Below are positions 9,144 to 17,922 of a stretch of DNA of 64,000 bases, piece after piece. The DNA is from Alphaproteobacteria bacterium (GTDB taxonomy: Bacteria; Pseudomonadota; Alphaproteobacteria; UBA828), in the NCBI GenBank assembly GCA_965237415.1, contig CBDEFM010000002.1, positions 3,680,001 through 3,744,000 on the forward strand, given 5' to 3'. The position numbers were made by a program, and so were the translations under genes. Under the pieces are notes generated by a model that saw nothing but the letters and a program-made list of their open reading frames with translations, was not told the DNA's origin and ran no database searches. The number at the start of each line of letters is the position of its first letter. Position 1 is the stretch's first letter.

Positions 9144-9545
9144 TTACGTCAGTCCCAACTGTCGCAGTTGACTGGCCCGATCGAAATAGATGGTTTCGCT
9201 CTCAATCTTGTCGCCTTCGAACTGGAATATGACCACGAGGCGCACCTTGAAAGACTTCCCCGTCGGAGGCTTCCCGTTATAAGGCCCTTTACACGTCCCC
9301 GTATAGTCGGCGGTCATCGCGACTGCGACATCGTCTTCGATCAGTTGCGTCGGACTAACGTTGAAATCGGGGAACGCCTCCCACAGCTCTGCGTATCGGT
9401 TGGCGACCTCCTCGGAACCCTGATAGACCTCTCCATAAACCTCGTCGCGAACCGGCTCTTCGTCGATGAGCGTCGCCAGCATGGCCTGCATGTCATGCCG
9501 ATTCTCCGTCTCGATATGCTCGCGAACGACGTCGGACTTCGACAT
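9144..9545 (-). CDS. SnoaL-like / ester cyclase (NTF2-fold) protein
   Basis: EN.HD..AMLAT, AFPDF, YTGT.KG.Y.GKPPTGKSF, FEGDKI..E..YFD motifs. Confidence 0.85.
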   Translation of the reverse strand: MSKSDVVREHIETENRHDMQAMLATLIDEEPVRDEVYGEVYQGSEEVANRYAELWEAFPDFNVSPTQLIEDDVAVAMTADYTGTCKGPYNGKPPTGKSFKVRLVVIFQFEGDKIESETIYFDRASQLRQLGLT

Positions 9546-9650
9546 GGCGTGAACTCCCGAAATTATGCATTGGCTCCACTTTAGAGGACTCTATTAGCAC
9601 CCAATTTTGTCGTCAACGCTACGTCCGGAAGCGTTGCTTTCCCAGGCGCT

Positions 9651-9920
9651 ATGGTTCTCGCCCGAGACCAGGGTGGCCCGCTCCATCCCGTCAAGCGGTC
9701 CGATGTGCGCCACGAGCACGCAGCAGACTATCTTTGGCACAGCTTAGCTTCTCGCGCGTCGGCGCTTGGCGAGGGTTTGCCGATAATCGGGGAGCCGCTG
9801 GGACACACGCAAGTACAGACAGCTGCCCGTTACGCTCACCTCGCCTGCGGCACAGGCAGCCCGTCGACCGCCCATTTCGGAGACGGCATCGACGGAAATC
9901 CGAACGCAATCAAAGGATGA
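9651..9920 (+). pseudogene. Tyrosine recombinase/integrase C-terminal remnant
   Basis: LWHSLASRASALGEGLPIIGEPLGHTQVQTAARYAHL resembles the integrase box II with catalytic Tyr, but HxxR is degenerate and no N-terminus is present. Confidence 0.7.
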
Positions 9921-9952
9921 CGCCGGGCGGGCAATCGGTCAAGCCCGTGTCG

Positions 9953-10085
9953 CTAGTCACCTGAATCTGAAGTTCGCCACATAAAGACAACTATATTGCA
10001 CGACCACATTCTTCGACAATAGAGCGACTTAGTGTGACGACACTGCCAATTGAAAATGATCTCAACTTCAGTGTCAGGTGACTAG
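9953..10085. mobile_element. MITE family A, copy 3
   Basis: Identical by eye to copy 1. Interrupts the CTAG in the IS left end. Confidence 0.9.
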
Positions 10086-10154
10086 CACATGATGTGTCCG
10101 GTTTAGGTAGCACACGAGTTGTCCGGTTTGGTCTCTCCGTGGGGAGGGACCGCG

Positions 10155-11339
10155 ATGAGCCGGACGACGTTGCTACAGGAACGCAGGATGCAGACGTTTC
10201 AGAATGTGCTGGGGCACTGGCAGGCACGACGCCTGTCTGCGCTGGAGGCGGCGGAGATGCTGGGGATGAGCGAGCGCAGCTTCCGCCGCTACCGGCGCCG
10301 CTACGAGGACGATGGCCTCGACGGATTGTTCGACCGAAGGCTCGACAAGGCGTCCGCGCGCCGCGTGCCGGCCGACCGGATCGAATGGGTGCTCGAGCAG
10401 TACCGAACCCGCCATACGGGCTGGACGGTCAAGCACTTCCACGACCATCTCTGCGCCCACCATGGCTTCGCCTGGAGCTACACCTGGACCAAGACCACCT
10501 TGCAGCGCGCAGGCCTGGTGTCCAAGGCACCCAGGCGCGGCGCCCACCGTCGCCGGCGCCCGCGCAAGCCCTGCGTCGGCATGATGGTCCACCAGGACGG
10601 CTCACGCCATGAGTGGCTGGCCGGCCAGGCGGCGTGCGACCTGATCGTCACCATGGACGACGCCACCAGCGAGATCTATTCGGCCTTCCTGGTCGAGGAG
10701 GAAGGCACCGCGTCCACCTTCCGGGCGCTGAAGCAGGTGTTCACCGACAAGGGGATGCCCAGCAGCCTCTACACCGACCGTGGCAGCCATTACTTCCACA
10801 CCCCCGAGGCAGGCGGCAAGGTCGCCAAGGATCAACACACCCAGGTCGGCCGCGCCCTCCACCAGCTCGGCATCGAGCACATCGCTGCCTATTCGCCCGA
10901 GGCGCGCGGCCGCTCCGAGCGCGCCTTCGGCACCCTCCAGGACCGCCTCGTCAAGGAACTGGCGTTGGCGGGGATCGCGACGGTCGAAGCCGCAAACCGC
11001 TTCATCGCAGACACCTACCTGCCCGACCACAATCGCCGCTTCGCCACCCCGCCCGAGCTCGACGACAGCGCCTTCGTGCCCCTCGAACACCCCGGCCAGA
11101 TCGACGATATCCTCTGTTGCCGCACAGACCGCACGGTCGCCCGCGACAACACCGTGCGCTACGAAAGGCGCGTCCTCCAGATCCCCGCCACCCCGGCCAG
11201 ACACCACTACGTCAAGGCCAGGGTCCGGGTCCACGAGTATCCGGACGGAACCCTCGCCCTCTTCCACGGGCCCCGATGCCTCGCCCGCTACACCGCCAAC
11301 GGCGAGCCCATCGAAACCCCAACCCGGCAGGCCGCGTGA
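10155..11339 (+). CDS. ISNCY/IS1202-group DDE transposase
   Basis: N-terminal HTH (EAAEMLGMSERSFRRY), HQDGSRHEW, MDDATS, YTDRGS, SPEARGRSERAFGTLQDRL. GGGAGG RBS upstream. Confidence 0.9.
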   Translation: MSRTTLLQERRMQTFQNVLGHWQARRLSALEAAEMLGMSERSFRRYRRRYEDDGLDGLFDRRLDKASARRVPADRIEWVLEQYRTRHTGWTVKHFHDHLCAHHGFAWSYTWTKTTLQRAGLVSKAPRRGAHRRRRPRKPCVGMMVHQDGSRHEWLAGQAACDLIVTMDDATSEIYSAFLVEEEGTASTFRALKQVFTDKGMPSSLYTDRGSHYFHTPEAGGKVAKDQHTQVGRALHQLGIEHIAAYSPEARGRSERAFGTLQDRLVKELALAGIATVEAANRFIADTYLPDHNRRFATPPELDDSAFVPLEHPGQIDDILCCRTDRTVARDNTVRYERRVLQIPATPARHHYVKARVRVHEYPDGTLALFHGPRCLARYTANGEPIETPTRQAA

Positions 11340-11500
11340 GACGCTTCGACGCGACCGGCCGGCGCCCTGTGGACAAGTGGACAGCCGCTCCGCGCCTGAC
11401 CACTTGTCCACAGGGCCAACCGCAACAACAGAAGCGGACATATGATGTGCTACGAAAACCGGACAAATCCACTTGCTGGCGACAGCCCGAGAGTCGCTGG

Positions 11501-11723
11501 TGTCGCTAGTCACCTGAATCTAAAGTGCGCCACATAAAGACAACTATATTGCACGACCACATTCTTCGACAATAGAGCGACTTAGTGTGACGACACTGCC
11601 AATTGATAATGATCTCAACTTCAGATTCAGGTGACTAGCACATGATGTGTCCGGTTTAGGTAGCACACGAGTTGTCCGGTTTGGTCTCTCCGTGGGGAGG
11701 GACCGCGATGAGCCGGACGACGT
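11501..11723 (+). mobile_element. Truncated second copy of the IS1202-group left end (with MITE A copy 4 inside)
   Basis: 11639-11723 is identical to 10086-10170. Cut a few codons into the transposase by a different MITE. Confidence 0.85.
11506..11638. mobile_element. MITE family A, copy 4
   Basis: 133 bp, CTAG-bounded, about 5 substitutions relative to copy 3. Confidence 0.9.
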
Positions 11724-11815
11724 TGTTGTTAAGCGCGCTAAACTGACCCCCACGAATCAAACTAAAACAATGAGTTAGAGCGCCGATCGGCGGGGAACTG
11801 TCGCGCTTAACAACA
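11724..11815. mobile_element. MITE family B (92 bp, IS21-like ends), copy 1
   Basis: TIR TGTTGTTAAGCGCG / CGCGCTTAACAACA. Internal AAACTGACCCC resembles IS21-family end motifs. Confidence 0.75.
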
Positions 11816-11817
11816 GT

Positions 11818-12034
11818 CTAGTGTCCTGATCCAGAAGTTCGTATGCATTGAAGAGGTACCCCTGACACGTCATGGCCGGGCTTGTCCTGGCCATCCACGT
11901 GTTTGCTCGGCGCTCAGCGGATCTTGCTGAGCGAGATGCCCGGAACAAGTCCGGGCATGACAAGAGGAGTGGTGGGGCCGGGGAGACCGCACGGCCAACC
12001 CGAAATCATGCGAACTTCAGAAACTGGACACTAG
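11818..12034. mobile_element. MITE family C (217 bp, CTAG-bounded, related to family A ends)
   Basis: TIR CTAGTGTCC.G.T.C.GAAGTTCG / CGAACTTCAGAAACTGGACACTAG. Shares its right CTAG with MITE A copy 5. Confidence 0.78.
11869..11961. repeat. Alphaproteobacterial REP-like palindromic doublet
   Basis: GTCATGGCCGGGCTTGTCCTGGCCATCC ... GATGCCCGGAACAAGTCCGGGCATGAC inverted pair. Confidence 0.75.
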
Positions 12035-12163
12035 TCACCTGAATCTGAAGTTCGCCACATAAAGACAACTATATTGCACGACCACATTCTTCGACAATAG
12101 AGCGACTTAGTGTGACGACACTGCCAATTGAAAATGATCTCAACTTCAGTGTCAGGTGACTAG
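12031..12163. mobile_element. MITE family A, copy 5
   Basis: Identical by eye to copies 1 and 3. Confidence 0.9.
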
Positions 12164-12193
12164 CAGCATCGGATAGCGAAGCGCGTGGGTGGG

Positions 12194-12223
12194 TGAGGCT
12201 GAGGCTGAGGCTGAGGCTGAGGC
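12194..12223. repeat. Tandem hexamer (TGAGGC)x5
   Basis: Directly visible in the sequence. Confidence 0.95.
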
Positions 12224-12229
12224 TTACTC

Positions 12230-12716
12230 TTAGAGCAGCCCCGTCCATGCGGGTCAGATCCGGCAGCCAGGCCCGCCGCACCGCCTCCGGCGCGAATCGA
12301 TCCAGCACATAGGCGACCGCGCCGGTGAGCGTCGCCGGGCAATGGATCGAAATGTCGGACTGAGAGAGCAGACAGCCCATGGCGAAGGTCAGCGCGAAGG
12401 GGCGGGGCGCGGGGCCGTAGTTCAGCCCGACGATGCCGCGCTCGTAGATGCCGCGGTGGACCGCGGCATAGAGTGGGTTGCGGCGCACGGTCGTGCGGGG
12501 CCTCCCGTCTTCGTCCGCCGTTTCCAGGACGGGCGGCGCGAAGCGGTCCGTGTAATCCGCCTGCTCTTCGAACGTGCCCACAGTCCAGGCGCCCAGCTCG
12601 CTCAGCCGCGCGGCGTCCTCCTCCGTAAGCCACGGCGCACGCCGGCGCAGCAGCGCTTGCAGGTTCGCGTCCTCCAGAAAGACGTTCCGTTCCGCGTTTC
12701 CGGCAGAGGCCGTCAT
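12230..12716 (-). pseudogene. Truncated acyl-CoA dehydrogenase (AidB-like N-terminal part)
   Basis: NVFLEDANL, PPVL...D..G, IHCPATLTGAVA, AWLPDL. Homology ends after RMDGAAL, where repeat sequence begins. Confidence 0.7.
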
Positions 12717-12743
12717 GCCCGCCAGCATAGCGGAACCGCCCCG

Positions 12744-13430
12744 CTACCGGTTGGCGAAGGCCTCGAGCGAGGAGAGGTAGGCCAGGACCCGCTCGAGCGG
12801 TTCCACGTCGCAATACTTCATGTCGATGTCGAACAGGTTCCATTCGACCGCGGCCGGCACGCGGTCGCCGACGCACTCGCGCACCACGACGGTGCGGAAG
12901 CCCTCGCCGAGGGCGTCTTCCACCGTGTGCCTGACGCAGCCGGCCATGGTGACGCCGGTGCAGATCAGCGTGTCGATGCCGCCCGCGCGGAGGACGCCGC
13001 CGAGGTGGGTGCCGGCGAAGGCGCTCGGGCGTTTCTTGACGATCACCGTGTCCACGCCGGGCTGGGGCGGGATGCGGTCGTCGATCTCGGTCGCGGGCGC
13101 ACCGAGCATGAGGTCTTCGAACGGGGTCTTGAGCGGGAACGCGCCCATGTCGAAGCGGCTGCAGAACGCGGTGGTGGTGTAGATCACCGGCACGCACCTG
13201 GCCCGCGCCGCCTCGAGCAGGCGCTGAACGCCGGGGATGATCCGCTCGTCCATGTCCTCGCAGGAGAAGCGGTAGCCCGGACGGGTCCAGGCGTTCGCGA
13301 GATCGATATTGAGGAGCGCCGGGCGGCTCCCGAAGCCCGAGCGCTGGTTCCAGCCGCGCTTCCTGTAAAGCCCGGAATCCGACGAAAAGATGGTGTCGAG
13401 GGCCGCGCGGACCTCGTCATCGAGCGGCAT
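12744..13430 (-). CDS. Isochorismatase-family amidohydrolase (maleamate amidohydrolase / N-carbamoylsarcosine amidase-like)
   Basis: GFGSRPALLNID, KKRPSAFAGT, GVTMAGCVRHTVEDA, VGDR...NLFDIDMKY.DV. Confidence 0.9.
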   Translation of the reverse strand: MPLDDEVRAALDTIFSSDSGLYRKRGWNQRSGFGSRPALLNIDLANAWTRPGYRFSCEDMDERIIPGVQRLLEAARARCVPVIYTTTAFCSRFDMGAFPLKTPFEDLMLGAPATEIDDRIPPQPGVDTVIVKKRPSAFAGTHLGGVLRAGGIDTLICTGVTMAGCVRHTVEDALGEGFRTVVVRECVGDRVPAAVEWNLFDIDMKYCDVEPLERVLAYLSSLEAFANR

Positions 13431-13566
13431 GGCTGCCTCCCTCCCTCCGTTGTCTGCCCATGGTATGCCACGGCGGGGCCGGGGGCGACGGGCCGGGGCG
13501 ACGGGTTTGATTCGGCGCCGGCTGCTCTCTACCCTGGCCGGCGAGGTCGAACGGGAGGCACGCGCC

Positions 13567-15327
13567 ATGGCGAACGTCGACCCCATCACCGTGCAGGTGA
13601 TCGGCGGCGCCCTGCATATGATCGCGAAGGAGATGGGGCACCTGCTCTATCGCATGTCCTACTCCACGATCATCCGGGAATCGGAGGATCTCGGCGCCGG
13701 GCTCTTCGACCGCGGCTTCAACACGCTCTGCGAATCGGATTCGACGCCGATGCATATCGGCTCGATCCCCGGCTATCTGCGGGGCGCCGAGCGCACCATG
13801 CACGGCACGTGGCGGCCCGGCGATGTCGTGCTGCACAACCATCCCTATCACGGCGCGAGCCATGTGCCGGACATCTGCTGCATCGCGCCGGTGTTCTACG
13901 AGGACAAGCTGGTCGGCTTCTCGGCCAACACGGCGCATCATGTCGACCTCGGCGCCGCGACCCCGGGCATCGTCATCGACATCCCGGACGTGTTCGCCGA
14001 GGGCATGCTCTTCTCGGGCGTGAAGCTCTACGAGGAGGATAGGCTGAACCGCGCGCTCTGGCAGCACATCGAGACCAACACCCGCGTGCCGCGCGACGTG
14101 CTGGGGGATATCGAGGCGCAGGTCGCCTCCGCCCGGCTGGGAGTCCGCCGCTTCCAGGAGCTGTACGAAACCTACGGAAAGGCGACGCTTGAAGCCGCCA
14201 CGGCCGAGCTGATGGACTATTCGGAGCGGATGCTGCGCCGGCGCATCCGGGAGATTCCCGACGGGGACTATGTCGCCGAAGGCTTCCTGGACGACGACGG
14301 CGTCAACCGGGAGGTGCGCCTGCCGGTCAAGGTCACCGTGCGGATCAGGGGCGATTCGGCGGTGGTCGACACGACCGGCTCCGCGCCCCAGGTGGCGACC
14401 GCCTTCAACGTCCCCTTCGAGGGTTCGACCAAGGTGGCGTGCTATTTCGCGTTCCGCGCGCTCCTGCTCGATACGAGCACCACCACCGAATACATTCCCC
14501 AGAACCAGGGCTCGTTCCGCCCGATCGAGGTGGTCTCGCCCGAAGGCTCGATCTTCAACCCGAAGTTTCCGGCCGCCTGCCAATCGCGCTTCGCCCAGTG
14601 CCAGCGCCTGGTCGACCTCATCTGCAAGGCGCTCGCGCCGGCGATCCCGGACAAAGTGACGGCCGGTTGCGGCGCGACCCTCTCAGCCTTCGCCTATTCC
14701 GGCGTGCGGCCCAGCGGCGACTATTGGATACTGGTCGAGATCAATGAGTCCGCTTATGGCGGGCGTCCGGCGTCCGACGGTCCGGATTCGATCGACGAGT
14801 TGATGCGCAACACCCGCAACAACCCGATCGAGGATCTCGGCATGCACCTGCCTCTGATCTGCGACCGCTACGAGCTTCGAGACGACGTGGCGCCGGGCGC
14901 CGGGCGCCATCGCGGCGGGCTCGGCATCGTCAAGGTGCAGCGCTTCCTCGCGCCAGGCTACGTCGTCCACGAGGCGGACCGGCACGAGGACGCGCCCTGG
15001 GGCTTCCGGGGCGGCGCGCCCGGCACCGTCGGCAGGCTCGAGAAATGGAACGCCGCGGCGCCGGACGTGGTGGAGAGCTGGCCGGCCAAGGTGCCGGCGA
15101 CGCCGACCGAGGCCGGCGACTGCATCGCCGTCTACACGCCGGGCGGCGGCGGCTACGGCGACCCGCTCGATCGCTCGACCGCGCAGGTGCGCGACGACGT
15201 AGCCGACGGGTTCTACACGGCCGCCGAGGCGCGCGAGAGCTACGGCGTGGTCCTGGACGACTCGCTGACCGTCGACGAGACGGCGACCGTGGCGCGCCGC
15301 GCCGCACGTCGCCGCGCGAAGGCTTGA
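13567..15327 (+). CDS. Hydantoinase B/oxoprolinase family protein
   Basis: VDPITVQVI, YSTIIRESED, PGDVVLHNHPYHGASHVPD, HHVDLG, GAGRHRGG, TPGGGGYGDP. GGGAGG RBS before ATG 13567. Confidence 0.92.
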   Translation: MANVDPITVQVIGGALHMIAKEMGHLLYRMSYSTIIRESEDLGAGLFDRGFNTLCESDSTPMHIGSIPGYLRGAERTMHGTWRPGDVVLHNHPYHGASHVPDICCIAPVFYEDKLVGFSANTAHHVDLGAATPGIVIDIPDVFAEGMLFSGVKLYEEDRLNRALWQHIETNTRVPRDVLGDIEAQVASARLGVRRFQELYETYGKATLEAATAELMDYSERMLRRRIREIPDGDYVAEGFLDDDGVNREVRLPVKVTVRIRGDSAVVDTTGSAPQVATAFNVPFEGSTKVACYFAFRALLLDTSTTTEYIPQNQGSFRPIEVVSPEGSIFNPKFPAACQSRFAQCQRLVDLICKALAPAIPDKVTAGCGATLSAFAYSGVRPSGDYWILVEINESAYGGRPASDGPDSIDELMRNTRNNPIEDLGMHLPLICDRYELRDDVAPGAGRHRGGLGIVKVQRFLAPGYVVHEADRHEDAPWGFRGGAPGTVGRLEKWNAAAPDVVESWPAKVPATPTEAGDCIAVYTPGGGGYGDPLDRSTAQVRDDVADGFYTAAEARESYGVVLDDSLTVDETATVARRAARRRAKA

Positions 15328-15580
15328 GCGCGGTTGCGGCGGGCGCCTTCGGACCGCGTCCGCCGCGTTCGCCGCCTTGCGTGACACGGTTCGCTGGAGA
15401 ATACTGTCCCGCTGAAGGCGGTCGGCCCCGTATTACCCGCGAAGCGCGGGTGACGGCCGGGCGGGTAAAGGACCGGACCGGGGAGCGGCCGCGGGCGCGG
15501 CGCGGGAGAGTGCGATCACGGTTTGCAGCAGAGTCCGGGAAGACCCTCGAACGCGGCGCAATCTGGCGGGAGGAGAACCC

Positions 15581-16882
15581 ATGACACAGCGACGGTCGAA
15601 GAGACACGGCTCATCCATCACGCGGCGTTTGGTTCTCAAGGGAAGCGCAGCGGCGGGGGGTGCCGCCGCTGCCGCGGCGCTCGGCGGGTTTCCCACCGTC
15701 TGGGCGCAGGACATCAAGGACATCGAGATCAACATGCTGGGGTCTGCGGTGTCGCACATAAAGAAGCTGGAGGAGATGGCCGAGGCGGCGCTCGGATTCC
15801 AGATCCAGCAGACGGTGGTCGATTTCAACACGCTCGGCCAGCGCGGCGCCACCCAGCCGCGCTCGTTCGACACGGTCGAACCGGCCTATCAGCAGTTCAA
15901 CGGCATGTGGCCGACCGGGAACTTCCAGGGCATCGACATCACCAAGCTTGCCTATTGGGATCAGACGATCGGGCTCTACAAGAAAGAAGGCAAGATCTGG
16001 CCCGACGCCTGGTACGGCCAGGGCCAGCACCCGACCCAGGTGCAGTACACCTCCGGCATAGACACCCGCGATTTCGCCGAGCCGGAGACGCAGTGGCTCA
16101 CCGCGCTGCCGACCAACCACAATGCCGACACCCTCGGCATCCGCCCCGACCTGATCGGCCGGCCGATCGAGTCCTGGGGCGAGTTCATCAATCCCGAGTT
16201 CGAGGGCAAGACGGCGCTCCAGGGCTTCCCGCAGATCGGCCTCATGGACCTCGCCATGGCGATCGAGGCCCAGGGCATGATGACCTACGGGAACAAGGGC
16301 AACATGACCCAGGACGAAATCGACCAGACCATAGACTTCCTGATCGAGCTCAAGAAGAAAGGCCACTTCCGCGCGTTCTGGCTCACCTTCAACGAATCGG
16401 TGAACCTGATGCTCTCCGGCGAGGTCGTGATCCAGTCGATGTGGTCGCCGGCGGTGACCGCGGTCCGCTCCCAGGGGGTGCCCTGCATCTATAGCGACCT
16501 GAAGGAAGGTTATCGCTCCTGGGGCATCGGCTTCATGGTCTCGAAGTACGTGGAGGGCAAGAGGCTGGATGCGCTCTACGATTTCTTCGACTGGTACTAT
16601 TCGGGGCCGGCCGGCGCCTTCTTTGCGCGCCAGGGCTACTACATGCCGACGCCCGAGCAGACCAGGCAGCATCTGCCGGCCGACGAATGGGATTTCTGGT
16701 TCGAGGGCAAGCCGGCCGTGAACGAAGTCCAGGATCCCTTCGGCAACGTGATGGAGAAGGCGGGCAGCATCCGCGACGGCGGCTCCTGGCGGAACCGCAT
16801 GGGCCGGGTCGCCGTCTGGAACTCGACGATGGACGAGAACGCCTACGTCATCCAGCGCTGGAACGAGTTTCTGACCGCATAG
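15581..16882 (+). CDS. ABC transporter substrate-binding protein (PotD/PotF-like), Tat-exported
   Basis: TRRLVLKG twin-arginine signal. NADTLG, SGEVVIQSMWSPAV, KEGYRSW. Upstream of two permeases. Confidence 0.88.
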   Translation: MTQRRSKRHGSSITRRLVLKGSAAAGGAAAAAALGGFPTVWAQDIKDIEINMLGSAVSHIKKLEEMAEAALGFQIQQTVVDFNTLGQRGATQPRSFDTVEPAYQQFNGMWPTGNFQGIDITKLAYWDQTIGLYKKEGKIWPDAWYGQGQHPTQVQYTSGIDTRDFAEPETQWLTALPTNHNADTLGIRPDLIGRPIESWGEFINPEFEGKTALQGFPQIGLMDLAMAIEAQGMMTYGNKGNMTQDEIDQTIDFLIELKKKGHFRAFWLTFNESVNLMLSGEVVIQSMWSPAVTAVRSQGVPCIYSDLKEGYRSWGIGFMVSKYVEGKRLDALYDFFDWYYSGPAGAFFARQGYYMPTPEQTRQHLPADEWDFWFEGKPAVNEVQDPFGNVMEKAGSIRDGGSWRNRMGRVAVWNSTMDENAYVIQRWNEFLTA

Positions 16883-17055
16883 CGGCGCGGGTTCCGGCTG
16901 CGATCGTGAACATCATCGGACTCACTGCCCCAGTCATGGCGCCGGACGCGCCCATGACCGGGGCGTACGCCGGGCCTCCGGGCGGCGGGAGGCGCCGGCG
17001 CGACCGGCTCCCCCCTGCCGCCTGATCCCGACCCGTCCATCCGGCGGCTTCTGCC

Positions 17056-17922
17056 GTGACGACGCTGACCCCGATCCTCAAGCGCTACAGCTCGGCGCTG
17101 CAGGTCACGCCGCTGTGCGCGGTCCTGCTGCTGTTCCTGGTCGGTCCGGTCATCGTCATCCTGATGTTCAGCTTCTACAGGTTCAACGGGTTCTTCATGG
17201 AGCCCGACTTCGTTACCGAGAATTATCAAGGTATTTTCACATCTTTCAACACGTTGGAAGCGTATCTTGCCACGTTCAAGATAGCCGCAATCACCTGGAT
17301 TTCCACCTTGGTATTCGGCTTCGTTCTCAGCTATTATTTTGTCTTCGATATCATCGCCTTCCGTTGGAAAATCTTTCTCTTCCTGCTGAGCGTCGTGCCG
17401 TTCTGGACCTCCGGCGTCGTCCGCATGATCTCGTGGATTCCCTTCCTCGGCAAGGAGGGGCTGCTCAACCGGGCGCTGCAGGGCATCGGAGTCATCGACG
17501 AGCCGCTGGAGTTCCTGCTGTTCTCCGAGTTCGCGGTGATCGTCTCCTACGTCCACATGTACACGCTGTTCATGGTGGCGCCGCTCTTCAACGTGATGGC
17601 GAAGATCGACCGCTCCCTGATCGAGGCGGCGCGCGATTCCGGCGCCTCCAGCGTACAGATCCTGATCAACATCATCATTCCGCTGTGCAAGCCGGGCATC
17701 GCGATCGGCTCGATCTTCGTGGTCGCGCTGGTGATGGGCGATTTCGTCTCGATCCGGGTGTTGAGCGGCGGCCAGGCCGGCACGGTGCTCATGTCCATGC
17801 GCAACCAGGTGGACGTGCTGCAATATCCCTTCGCCTGCGCGAGCGCGGTGGTCCTGCTGATCGTGCTGCTCATGATCGTCGGCGGGATCATGAGCGTGGT
17901 CGATGTGAGGAAGCAGCTATGA
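17056..17922 (+). CDS. ABC transporter permease (PotB-like)
   Basis: Hydrophobic segments, PFWTS..VR..SW, EAA motif LIEAARDSGAS. Confidence 0.9.
   Translation: MTTLTPILKRYSSALQVTPLCAVLLLFLVGPVIVILMFSFYRFNGFFMEPDFVTENYQGIFTSFNTLEAYLATFKIAAITWISTLVFGFVLSYYFVFDIIAFRWKIFLFLLSVVPFWTSGVVRMISWIPFLGKEGLLNRALQGIGVIDEPLEFLLFSEFAVIVSYVHMYTLFMVAPLFNVMAKIDRSLIEAARDSGASSVQILINIIIPLCKPGIAIGSIFVVALVMGDFVSIRVLSGGQAGTVLMSMRNQVDVLQYPFACASAVVLLIVLLMIVGGIMSVVDVRKQL

Larger units (their letters stand above)
9948..11484 (+). mobile_element. IS1202-group (ISNCY/IS481-like) insertion sequence with a MITE inserted in its left end
   Basis: Ends TGTCGCTAGCA.. / ..TGCTGGCGACA with internal TGTCCG repeats. 5-bp direct repeat GCCCG at 9943-9947 and 11485-11489. 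Confidence 0.85.

Noticed and set aside
9920-9947. dif-like (Xer) site targeted by the IS1202-group element
   Set aside because: No XerC/XerD arm sequence is recognisable beside either end.
1352-12163. Recurrent 133-bp sequence as a CRISPR array or repeated small gene
   Set aside because: Copies are dispersed, too long and TIR-bounded, with no spacers or cas genes. ORFs ending ...SIVEECGRAI or ...HLNLKFAT are read-through into the MITE.
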